A stretch of DNA of 64,000 nt from Cetorhinus maximus (GCF_964194155.1 NC_135901.1:25792001-25856000); one strand, 5' to 3'. Positions 48,535 through 61,372 are shown, counted from the stretch's first letter. Numbers and translations are program-made. The notes: generated from the sequence alone by a model not told the origin.

Positions 48535-50389
48535 TTCCTGGGGTTTGGATTCTGCTGTTATTGCTGCTGTTAATCACTTTCAGGACTGAACCATGTTCAT
48601 TCTGAAAGCCGGAGATTTTTTCCTGCTGATGTTCATAACCTCTGTATGTGGGATGGAGTTTAATATTCTGGATACATGCCAAATAAAGTAGAGTGAAGGT
48701 GTATTCTCTAAAGGATGACTTCCAGTAATGTAAGCTACCATGAATGTGGTGAATCACTGTAAAATAATTAGAAAATAAATGTGATGTTTGTATCTGGACT
48801 TTGTGTTTGGATTATTGTGGGAAATAGGTGGCACAGATACGATGGGTCTGTAGTATCGCCTCTGTCAGATGGGACGGACCCTCCTTTAAACTGCTTCTGA
48901 GAGGAGAGTGCTGCCCCCTAAAGCAGGATAAGCGAGGGCAGATCAGGGTCATACACTGATTATACTGCACCCAACAGGGACATCACAAATTGCCCCTTTT
49001 CTGAGGCAATCATTGCTGGAGTGACTGCAGCCAGAACATTGGAACAGGAGAAGGCCATTCAGCCCCTCAAGCCTGCTCCACCATTCAATGAGATCATGGC
49101 TGACCTGCACTTCAACTCAATTTTCCCATCTTTGATCCATTTCCTTTGATATCTCTATTTAAGAATCCATTGATTCCCATCTTGAAAATTTCAACCACAG
49201 CCTTTTGGAGAGATTGGTCCAGATGTTTTTTATTCATTCGTGCAATCTGGGTGTTACTGGCTAGGCCAGCATTTATTACCAATCCCTAATTGCCTTTGAG
49301 ATGGCTTGCCTTCCTGAACTGCTGCAGTCCATGTGGTGCAAGTACACCCACGGTGCTGTTACCTGAACAAGTTGTTTCTGATTTCACTGGACAGGTTGTG
49401 TATTAAACAATGACTCAATGTCTAACACAGACACCAGGGACAGAAATCCAGTTACCCTGAGAGAATACATGCAGCTGGACAGGGGTCACTGAACTGAATT
49501 CTGACCACAGAAAGTTCACTCAAACAAAACCAGACTGAACATGAAGTTAAAGCAGAAACAGAAGCAGATGTGATAGTTCCCAATCAATCACAATGTAAAC
49601 TGAAGTGGATTGAACATTGGAGCAGCTGGATTAGAATCATAATGCAGAATCAATGATAAACTGAGACAATTCATTTAAGGATAATGGAAAATACTGGAGA
49701 AAGATAGGAATGGTTTGATTCTGAGAGGGCGAGGAGAGGCTTGGTAGAGGATAGATAAGGATATGGTTTCTGCAGCAACTGTAGTTCTGCACTTTCACAT
49801 GGAAGGAGGTGGTGAGATGATGTAATTGTCACCATTAAGCTGCAAAAGTAAAATCAAGACTCCATTTGGACAATGAAGTGGATATACAAAGGAGAAGATC
49901 TGTCAGTTTGGCGGCAGTTGTAACTTTTAAGGTTATTAGTAAATAATAACTGTTCGTATTCCTGCATCTGAGTCAGAAACCGCACTGCGATCAGTTCTGA
50001 TGATTGGAGACGGCTCTCCAGCTCATTCTGGGTTGATATCATGCAGGATAGGTGTGTCCATTATGTGAATTGTGAGCTCATCAAACTCTCCCAGTTGAAG
50101 CTGGACCAACAGATCGGCTGGAATTAAATAGTCCCAGACATGGAAGAAGCGTTAAACAGCCTGTGAATTCTTCCATTAATTCACACTGTTCAAAGAGAAA
50201 CAATCACTACACTGTGTAATTTCCTGAAATAATCCCTGCTGTCTGTCCTGAATGAATCCATTTCAGTAACAAATGTTGAAATGTTTGCTCCACACCCACA
50301 GAGTTTCATCTGTTTAAAGCCACAAACAGGAAGGTCCAGTTTTCTCCTGGAGTTTGAGACAAATCAGCTTCCAAAATGATGCAGAGTTT

Positions 50390-50760
50390 CAGCCAATGAG
50401 GGAGACCCGGGCTCAGCCCCGCCCCCTCATTCACTCCGATTGGTTGGAGGACCAGCCGCTCTCGCTCGGCCCTCCAGCCCCGTCCCTTCTTCCTATTGGT
50501 CTGGAGCTGCCGTCAATCACTCCCCGGGCATTGTGATCTGGAGCACGCGCAGTGCGGGTGATGTCCAGGGACAGACACTTGTTTGTCTCATCTTCAGGCG
50601 GGAAGGAGGCGGATAAGCGGAGGCAGCGTTAGGGGCAGTGGGTGGGAGGGGAGGCTTCACAAACACCCAGTGGAGGCTTCAACACCCCCAGTAAGAAAGT
50701 ACCGGGCCCGCCTTTGCACCGAACAGAACGGCAGCTGCGGGCTTTCTCCCGGTGCCAGGC
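50390..50760 (+). promoter_or_regulatory. CpG-rich promoter/first exon of ZNF copy I
   Basis: CCAAT, GC box, ATTGG-TGGAGGACC...GGCCCTCCA-ATTGG module and NRF1-like GCACGCGCA; closely paralogous to 63405-63974. Confidence 0.7.
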
Positions 50761-50773
50761 CCGAGTGGACAAA

Positions 50774-51269
50774 GATAAAAACAAAAAGCTAAAAGCTACT
50801 GCGGATGCTGGAAATCCAAAACAAAATAAAAACAGAATTACCTGGAAAAACTCAGCAAGTCTGGCAGCATCGGCGGAGAAGAAATCAGTCAACGTTTCGA
50901 GCCCTCATGGCCCTTCAGCAGAACTGAAGCATAGTTTCAACAAGGGAGAAATATAAATTGGTTTAAGGTGGGTGGGGGGGAAGAGACACATTGAGGGTGT
51001 GATTAGCACTTTTCTCAGACAAAGACCACCACCTTCAACACCTCTTTGACCCTTTTGTCTCTGACATCTTTTGATTATCTGCTCACACCACACCCTCAAT
51101 GTGTCTCTTCCCCCCCACCCACCTTAAACCAATTTATATTTCTCCCTTGTTGAAACTATGCTTCAGTTCTGCTGAAGGGCCATGAGGGCTCGAAACGTTG
51201 ACTGATTTCTTCTCCGCCGATGCTGCCAGACTTGCTGAGTTTTTCCAGGTAATTCTGTTTTTATTTTGT
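50774..51269. mobile_element. PLE insertion forming a ~180-bp inverted repeat, with one hammerhead per arm
   Basis: Arms ~50821-51001 and ~51089-51269; hammerheads at 50887-50925 (-) and 51165-51203 (+). 14-bp TSD CCCGAGTGGACAAA (50760-50773, 51270-51283). Confidence 0.92.
51165..51203 (+). ncRNA. Minimal type-I hammerhead ribozyme motif with covarying stem II
   Basis: AGTT-CTGCTGA-A-GGGCC(ATGAG)GGCTC-GAAACGTT-GACT. Confidence 0.7.
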
Positions 51270-51387
51270 CCCGAGTGGACAAATGTGGGTTAATGAAGGA
51301 AATGCAGCAATGGATTTGTTAATGAGAAATCACCTTTAACTCACTTTACTGATCCTGGAGCAGGAGGAGTGAATGGTGTGAATTTCT

Positions 51388-51487
51388 GTTCTGTTGAAGA
51401 GTCATATGGACTCGAAACGTTAACTGTGTTCCCCTCCGCAGATGCTGCCAGACCTGCTGAGTTTTTCCAAGTATTTTTATTTTTGTT
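51388..51487 (+). mobile_element. Short PLE insertion (hammerhead and tail)
   Basis: GTT-CTGTTGA-A-GAGTC(ATATG)GACTC-GAAACGTT-AAC; 12-bp TSD GTGTGAATTTCT (51376-51387, 51488-51499). Confidence 0.88.
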
Positions 51488-53010
51488 GTGTGAATTTCTA
51501 TCTTGGACCAACATGGATGGATTTGTTAATGAAAAATCATCTTTAACTAACTTGCTGGAGTTTTTAGAAGAGGTAATAGAGAGGGTTGACAAAGACGATG
51601 ATAATATGTGATTAACATGGATTTCCAGAAGACATTTGATAAAATGCCACACAACAGACTTGTGAACAAAGTTATAGCTCATGGAATAAAAGGGTCACAG
51701 AATTGGCTGAGCGCCAGGAAACAGAGCCGTGGTTAATGGATGTTTTTCGGGCTGGAGGAAGGTTTGCAGTGGAGTTGCCGGATACTTCTTCAACTGTGAG
51801 ATTTTTCTCTGACTCCAGTGCTTATGATACCTTTCCAGCTGCAGGATCCAGCAGGAGATAATATTGAAAAGTGAAGTTGTTTTAGTTATTATTTCAGAGT
51901 ATTTTTTGACCATTCATCTACAAATTTGAGCGTTTAGTGCTATGCTTTGTTATCTCTGAGAATTCCCATGTCTTTGGGGCTGGCATGACTCCTTTACGTG
52001 GATCTGAATCCGTGTCCGTCCATTGCTCTGTTTCACCTCTGCCCTCCCATATCACCTCTTTGCCATTGTCTAACTTCCTCTGTCTCTAATAATGGGTGTA
52101 TTTTAACTGTGTTTAGTATTTTACTGTTACTTCTGCTGACCATGTCTAAATGAGATTTCCACCACTGCCCATCCCCTGACCATGTGCTGCTGGCTGAATA
52201 GCTTTACCTTCCCACAGCATCTTTCATAGTCAGGAATTGTTTTCCCTGCTCTATGGTCCATTTCTCTTCCACTTCTGAACTTATATTGACCATCAAATTC
52301 TGCATCATTTTTATTGCCCATAATTCATTCTGCACCCACTCAAATGTTAACTCTATTTCTTTCTCCACAAATGCTGCCAGACCTGCTGAGTATTTCCAGC
52401 ACCTTGTGTTCTTATTTCCGATCTCTAGCATCTGCAGCATTTTGCTTTTATTTAAGTCAGGCTGGTGTGTGACTTGGAGGGGAACTTGGAAGTGATGGTC
52501 TTCACACACACTTGCAACCCTGGTCCTTCTAGATGTAGAGATTAAGGGTTTGGGAGATTCTGTCAAAGTTCTGCTTGATTGTAGGTATATAAAATCCCTC
52601 ATCTTCATTCCCCCCCCCCCCCCCCCCCCCCCCCCCCGCCTCTCACACCTCTCTCTCTCTCTCAATCTCTCCTCCCATAGAGGCCAGAGTCTTGTGTAGA
52701 GCCAGACAGGGTGGAAGGTTCTCTTCCCTCAAGGACATTAGTGATCCAGTTGGGTTTTTACGACAATACAGCAGTTTTCATGGTCACTTTTTCCTAGTGC
52801 CAGCCCCACAAATTACCAGATTCATTCAGTTCAATTTCACAATCTGCCTTTGTGTTTTTGTGGATTCCCTCTCACTCCCTTTTTTCTGTTTTAAATCTAT
52901 TTCACAGAGTGTTAGGAGGGGAGGATTTGCAGTCGGGAAGCTGAAACCCAACATCATATCAGGATCAGTCACCCAATTCATCACAACCTGAATGTCATTC
53001 AATGTTAAAC

Positions 53011-54951
53011 ATGGAAGGAAAATGTGCCGTTCATAGTGAAGAGAAACCATACAAGTGTTGTGTGTGTGTGGACGAGGCTTCAGGCAATCAGCTGGTCTGT
53101 CAAGACACAAGTGTAGTCACACTAGGGAGAATCCATGGAAATGTGGGGACTGTGAGGAAGGATTCAATTACCCATTCAAGGTGGATATTCATCAGGGCAG
53201 TCATGCTGGTCAGAGGCCATTCACCTGCACCAAATGTGGGCAGGGATTCACTACCTCATCCCACCTGCTGACACACCAGCACATTCACACTGGGGAGAGG
53301 CCGTTCACCTGCTCCAAGTGTGAGAAGGGATTTGCTCATTCATCCAACCTGCTGAGACACCGGCGAGTTCACACCGACGAGAGACCTTTTAAATGCCCAG
53401 ACTGTGCAAAGTGCTATAAAAGTTCCCAGGAACCGATGTCCCATCAACATGTTCACACTGATGAGAGACCATTCAGGTGCTCCCAATGCGGGACTGGATT
53501 CAAGCGATCACCTGACCTCACTAAACACCAGCGCTCTCACACTGGGGAGAAGCCATTCACCTGCTCCGACTGTGGGAAGGGATTCACTTGTTCATCCCAC
53601 CTGATGATGCACCAGCAAGTTCACACTGGAGAGAGGCCATTCTTTGTTGTACTTTCCTGTGACTCTGCAATTTGACTCACTTCTGAAAAATGGATCAGAC
53701 CATTTCAGAAACTTAGAGCCAATTCACTGTTAAGCTCTCATCTAATTTTCATCTTTCATTCACTTTCAGCTGCCGAGGCTCCAAGTGATAGAACTCACTC
53801 CCTCAAACTCTCCACCTCTGACCACTCTCTCTCTACTCCTTTAAGATGCTCCTTAAAACCAACCCCTTTTACCACGTTCCTGGCCACTTCCAAGTGTGGG
53901 AAGAGATTTGCTAACTCATACAATCTGCTTAGACATCAGCGAGTTCACACTAACGAGAGACCTTTTAAATGCCCGGAATGTGGGAAGTGCTATAAAAGTT
54001 CCAGGGAACTTATGTCCCATCAACGTGTTCACACTGAGGAGAAACCTTTTAAATGCCCAGACTGTGGGAAATGCTATAAAAGCTCTGGAGAACTGATGTC
54101 CCATCAATGTCTTCACACTGACGAGAGACCATTCAGGTGCTCTCATTGCAGGACTGGGTTCAGGCGATCATCTGACCTCACTGTACATCAGTGCACTCAC
54201 ACTGGGGAGAGGCCGTTCACCTGCTTCAAGTGTGGGAAGGGATTCACTACCTCATCCCACCTGCTAACACACCATCGAATTCACACTGGGGAGAGGCCAT
54301 TCATCTGCTCCGAGTGTGGGAATGGATTCACTCAGTCATCCCACCTGAAGACACACCAGCGAATTCACACTGGGAAGTGGCCATTCACCTGCTCTGAGTG
54401 TGGGCAGGGATTAACTTGTTTATCGCACTTGCTGATGCATCAGCGAATTCACACTGGGTAGAAGCCATTCATCTGTTCCAAGTGTGGGAAGGGATTCACT
54501 CACTCATGCAACTTTCTGAGACACCAGCGAGCTCACACGAATGAGACCTTTTAAATGCCCAGACAGCAGGAAGTGCTCTAAAAGTTCTTGAGAACTGATG
54601 TCCCATCAAAGTATTCACACTGACTAGAGACTGTTCAGATACTCTCACTGTGGGACTGGGTTCAGGCAATGATCTCAACTCTGTATACCAGTGCGCCGAC
54701 ACTGGGGAGAGACCAGTCCTCTGCTCCGAGTGTGGGAAAGGATTCACTCAATCATGCCGACTGAGGGCACACCAGACAGTTCATACAGGGGAGTGGCTAT
54801 TCACCTGCTCCAAGTTCGGGCAGCAATTCACTCAATGAACCTACCTGACAACACACCAATGTATTCACACTGGGAAGAGACCTGCTCTGATTGTGGAAAG
54901 GGATTCACTTGGTCATCCACACTGCGGAGACACCAGCAAGTTCATAAGTAA
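53011..54951 (+). pseudogene. Long C2H2 zinc-finger pseudogene (copy I, ~20 finger units)
   Basis: Acceptor at 52907, ATG at 53011, 2-bp (TG)n slip at 53059-53070, non-coding insert at 53642-53885, later stops and frameshifts. Confidence 0.88.
53642..53885 (+). mobile_element. Insert with an L2 3' fragment interrupting the finger array
   Basis: CTCCCTCAAACTCTCCACCTCTG...CCTTTAAGATGCTCCTTAAAACC matches L2 3' sequence; fingers resume at ~53887. Confidence 0.65.
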
Positions 54952-55804
54952 CGACAGTGATTGGATTTTGCTGTTAATCAAATTCAGGACTGAACCATGT
55001 GCACTGGGCTCTGTATTTGCCGATCTTAATAAACTCCAACCCAGTCATTTGGACTAATATTCTGCATAAAAATCAAATGAATCAATTTTATTTTAAACCC
55101 ACGATGTGTTAAGTCTTTTTAATACCTCAAACACAAGATTTCAGATGAGGACTAATCAGCGATTTATAAACATTCAGGATAACTGTCTTGCTTTTCCACT
55201 CCATGTTTCCATTAGTAAACCGAGGACCCCATTTGATTTTTATAAGCAGTTTGAGTAACCTGTCCTGTGGATTCAGGGAGCAGTGGATGCCGTGACGCTG
55301 AATAAATTTAAGGAGGATACAGACGGATTTTTAATTAGTAATGGGTTGAAAGGTTATGGGGAGAGAGCGGGAAATTGGAGTTGAGGTCGAAATGAGCTCA
55401 GCCATGATCGTAATGAATGGCGGGCCAGGCTCAAGGGCTCAATTGCCTACTCCTGCAACTCGTTCTTATGTTCAAAGATTTGTGTCCGTACACTGCCAGG
55501 TCACTCTGTTCCTGCACTCTGTTTAACATTGTATCGTTTAGCTTATTCTGCCTCTCCTCATTCTTCCATCCAAAATGCATCATTGTCTGTGAATTACTTT
55601 GGGATGTTCTGAGGGTGTGAAAGGTTCTAAATGAACACAAGAACTTTCAGCTCCACATACTGTCCACAGGGGAGTTCTGCTGGTGCAGTGGGACCAGCAT
55701 TCACGTTTTAACTAACACCACCAAAAAAACTGAATTAATCGGTCACTCGTCTGATTGCTGTTACTTACTTTGCGCAAACTGGCCGTCGTGAAACAATAAC
55801 AACT

Positions 55805-57740
55805 CGGTATTTGTATAACATGATTAATGTAATAAAACGTCCCAAGGTGCTTCAGAGGAGTTGCATAAAGAAAAAAATGGCACTGAGTTACATAGAGCGA
55901 AATTAGGGTATATGGGCAAAAGCGTGATTGGAGAGGCAGATTTTAACAAGCATCTTTAATCAGGAGAGTGGTGGAGAGGTTTAGGGAGGGAATTTCAGAG
56001 TTTCACATTTAGGCACTGTCACCAATGTGGGAATAATTAAAATCAGGGATGCTAAAGAAGCCAGAATGAGCAGATATCTCAGGGTTCTGCAACTGGAGAT
56101 TACTGAGAGAGGGAGGGATGAAGTTATGGAGCGATTTGAAAACAAGGATGGAAATTTTAAAATCAAAGCATTGCTTGATCAGGAGCCAATGTAGGTCAGC
56201 GAGCACAGTGGTGATGAGTGAACAGGACTTCTTTATTTCATTCTTTCACATGACGAGGATGTCACTGGCAAGGTCAGTATTTGTTGACCATCTCTAATTG
56301 TTACCCTTGAACTGAGTGGCTTGCTAGGTCATTTCAGAGGGCATTTAAGAGTCAACCATATTGCTGTGGATCTGGAGACACATGTAGGTCAGACCAGGTA
56401 AGGATGGCAGATTTCTATCCCTGAAGGGCATTCGTGAACCAGATGGATTTTTAAGACAATTGACGATAATTTCATGGCACCATTATTGATATTAACTTTC
56501 ATACAAACAGACACAAACATTTTCTGTCTCACTCAGGTCAGTGTATCTATGTATAAATACTATTGGGAAATTTATTGCAAATATCTGGAAGGTTGTGTGG
56601 AATGTGGGAATTGGACCCATGTTCCCAGGTCATAAGCCTTGGCCTCTGGAATACTAGTCCAGTGACATTACTACTATGCCTCTATCTCCCTTCCATTTAG
56701 GGTGAGAAAGCACATGGACACCAGAGTTTAGGATGGTCTCACATTTCCTGCTGTGGGGAGAGGGCTGGGCGAATGTGAGAGGCTGGCCAGGAAGCATTGG
56801 AATCGTCAAGTCAAGTCATGGGTATGAGGGTTTCAGCAGCAGATGAGCTGGGGTGAGGTAGAGACAGACGATGTTATGGAGATTGAAATATCTGGTATGA
56901 GTGATTATGTGGATATGTAGCTCGAAATTCATCTTGGGGTCAAATCTGACACCAAGGTTGTGAAGAGTGTGGTTCAGCCTCAGACAGTTCCCAGGGAGAG
57001 GGATGGACTCGATAGTTCGGGAACGGAATTTGTAGCGGTGACTGAAGACAATGGCTTTGGTCTTTCCAATTTTTAATTGTAGGAAATTTCTGCTCATCCA
57101 GTACTGGATGTCGGATAAACAGTTTGATAATTTAGCTACAGTGGAGGAATGAAGAGGGATGGTGGTGAGGTCAGTGTAGATGTGAAAACTAACATGGTGC
57201 ATTTGAATGATGTCGCCTAGTGGCAGCATGTAGATGAGAAATAGGAAGGGCCAAGGATTGATCCTTGGGGGACACCAAGTTCAAGGACTTTGGAGAGGAA
57301 AGGAAGGTTGGAGATGGGATGGTAGTTTGGAAAGACAGTGGAGTCAAAGATAGTTTATTTTAGGATGGGTGATGATGGTGGATTTCAAGGTGAGAGGGAC
57401 AGTATCAAAAGAGGAAGACGACTGTTAACAATATGAGCTAACATGGAGAAATTGGATGGTCAGCAGTTTGGTGAGAATAGGGTCAACAGAGCAGAATATA
57501 GGTCTTATGGACAAGATGAGCACTAAGAGAGCATGAGGGGATATGGGAGAGAAGCTGGAGAAAGATGTGAGTTCAGGACTTGGGCAAGGGGGAACTTCAG
57601 AGACAGTTTTTCCCAGTGGTTTAGTGAAAGGGAGGAAAGCAGCAGAGGCAGCTGATCAGATTGTCTCAATCTTAGTGACAAAGAAGCTCCATGAACTCCT
57701 CACACTTGTTGTTGGATTGAGGATGAAGGAGACAGGGGAG
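55805..57740 (-). mobile_element. L2 LINE (internally deleted) with a nested SINE at ~56232-56690
   Basis: 'LADLHWLLIKQCFDFKI' and 'CLSDIQYWMSRNFLQLKIGKT...NLGVRFD'; the SINE belongs to the 14108 family, minus strand. Confidence 0.85.
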
Positions 57741-57952
57741 AGGGAGAGCACTCCAAAAGAAACTAACTTTTGTTAGAGATATTGAGAAGATTCAACACAC
57801 TGTGTGTTTAATACAAAGCTGATTTATTTGTCTTTCATACAGAATATTAACCCCTATAACTGGGCTACAATTTATTATCATCAGTGGAAACAGACCCCAA
57901 TGAACAGGGTTCAGTCCTGGATCTGATTAACAGCAAAATCTCATCACTGTAG

Positions 57953-59075
<1,123 letters not shown>

Positions 59076-59734
59076 ATTCAAAATCTGATGATATTCAGAT
59101 TACAATAAATTGGGCGACTCTGTCAAATCCCGATGTGATGTTTGGTTTGAACTCCCCAACTCCCCTTCTAATACTCTGTGAAATTGATTTAAAATGGAAA
59201 AAAAAGGGAGGGAGAGAGAATCCACAAAAACACAAAGGCAGGTTGTGAAATTGAGCTGAATGAACCTGGTAATTTGTGGGGCCGGCACCAGGAAAAAGTG
59301 ACCATGAAAACTGCTGGATTGTCATAAAAACCCAACTGGTTCACTAATGTCCTTCAGAGAAGGGAACCTGCCTCCCAGTCTGAGCCAACACAAGACTCAG
59401 GACACTGTGGGAAAAGGGAAAGAGAGATGGTGGTGGGAGAGGTAAGTGCCTGGGAGAGGGATTTTATATATCTACAACTTGGCCAGAACTTTTACAGAAT
59501 CTCCCAAACCCTCAACCTCCACCTCCTAGAAGGACCAGGGTAGCAGGTGTATGTGAACACTATCACCTACAAGTTCCTCTTCCAGTCTTACACCATCCTG
59601 GCTTGTCTGACATTCAGTACTGGGTGAGAAGAAATTTCCTCCTTTTTAATATTGGAAAGACCGAAGCCATTGTCATCAGTCCCTGATACAAACTCCATTC
59701 CCTGGCCACCGATTTCATCCCTCTCCCTGAAAAC

Positions 59735-60095
59735 TTTTATTTTTATTCTTTCACGGAATATGGGTGTCGCTGGCTGGGCCAGCATTTATTGCCCATCCCT
59801 AATTGCCCTTGAGAAGGTGATGGTGAGCTGCCTTCTTGAACTGCTGCAGTTTTTGTGGTGTCGGTACACCCACAGGAAGGGAGTTCCAGGATTTTGACCC
59901 AGCGACAGTGAAGGAATGGTGATATATTTCCAAGTCAGGATGGTGTGTGGCTTGGAGGGGAACTTCCAGGTGGTGGTGATCCCATCTATCTGCCATCCTT
60001 GTCCTTCTAGATGGCAGAGGTCTCAGCTTTGGAAGGTGCTGTCGAAGGAGCCTTGGTGAGTTGCTGCAGTGCACCTTGTAGATGGTACATATACT
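59735..60095 (-). mobile_element. Type-B LINE 3' end
   Basis: 'MHCSNSPRLLRQHLP...SWNSLP' and the family tail. Confidence 0.85.
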
Positions 60096-60099
60096 GTGT

Positions 60100-60540
60100 G
60101 AAGTTAAAGCACATTGTTTGCAACCTCGATGTCATATTTGACCAGAAGATGAGCCTCTGACCACAAATCTGCACCATCACTAAGACTGCCCATTTCCACC
60201 TCAGTAACATCGCCTGACTTTGCCCCTGCCTCAGCTCATCTGCTTCTGAAACTTACATCCATCAAACTGTTACCTTTAAACTTGATTATTCCAACACAAT
60301 AGAGACCGGCCTCCCATACTCTACCCTCAGTAAACGTGAGCTCATCCAAAACTCTGCTGTCTATATCCTCACTCACACCAAGTCCCATTCGCCTACCATC
60401 CCATGACCCACACTGGCTCCTGGTTAAGCAGTATCTCAATTTTAAAATGCTAATCCTTGTTTTCAAATCTCTCCATGGCCTCCCCTCTCCCAATCTCTAT
60501 AATCTCCTCCAGCCTCACAACCCTCCAGGATCTCTGGGCC
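60100..60540 (+). mobile_element. L2 LINE fragment
   Basis: 'HWLLVKQYLNFKMLILVFKSLHGL'. Confidence 0.8.
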
Positions 60541-60711
60541 CAACAACTGTGCCACATTCCCACCAAAGCTACTCATCGAGCCACCGGAGCTTCCAGCCTA
60601 GAACTCGGAGTGGGAGAAGGGGGAAGAATGAGGAGACACAATAGAGACTGACACTCACAGCAACCTACAGTCCACTTATATTACCGGGATAGTGAGACAG
60701 CTCAGAAACAA

Positions 60712-61372
60712 TCCATTGAACTACAGAAAAGTTACAGCACAGAAAGAGGCCATTCAGCCCATCGTATCTATGCCGGCCGGGAAAAAAAAATGAGCCACCC
60801 ATTCTAATCCCACCTTCCTGCACCTGGTCCGTCGCCTTGCAGGTTACAGCACTTCGGATGCAGACCCAGGTACCTTTTAAATGAGTTGAGGGTTTCTGCC
60901 TCCACCAACAAACCAGGCAGTGAATTCCAAACACCCACCCCCATTCAGGTGAAGAGATTTTTCCTTATGTCCCCTATAATCTTCCTACTAAATCACCTTA
61001 AATCTATGGACCTTGGTAATTGACCTCTCAACTAGGGAAAACAAGTCTTTACCGTCTACGCTATCTGGGCCCCTCATAATTTTGTACACCTCAATTAGGT
61101 CACCCCTCAGCCTCCTCTGTTCTAAGGAAAACAACCCTAGCCGATCCAATCTTTTTTCATAGCTGCAATTTTCCAGCCCTTGCAACATTCTTGTAAATCT
61201 GTCCTGCCACCTCAGGGACAAGTGGACATGCAGTCCAAGGTCCCTCACTTCCTTCAGCCCTCTCAATATCCTCCCGTTTATTGAATATTCCCTTGCTTTG
61301 TTTGCTTTCCCCAAATGCATTACCTCGCACTTTTCTGGATTTAATTTCATTTGCCCTTTTCTGACCACTCAC
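60712..61372 (-). mobile_element. CR1 LINE 3' end
   Basis: 'LDRLGLFSLEQRRLRGDLIEVYKIMRG' and tail GATGGGCTGAATGGCCTCTTTCTGTGCTGTAAC. Confidence 0.9.

Noticed and set aside
48587-48599. 3'UTR hairpin as an iron-responsive element, SECIS or histone stem-loop
   Set aside because: The loop is not CAGUGN, there is no SECIS quartet, and it does not match the histone consensus.
49380-50200. Unique-looking sequence upstream of promoter I as a coding exon
   Set aside because: Stops in the frames examined and no recognisable domain.
52610-52637. 28-nt poly-C run (G-quadruplex, or poly-Gly ORF on the minus strand)
   Set aside because: Paralogs have only a mixed C/T tract; likely a simple expansion or homopolymer artefact.
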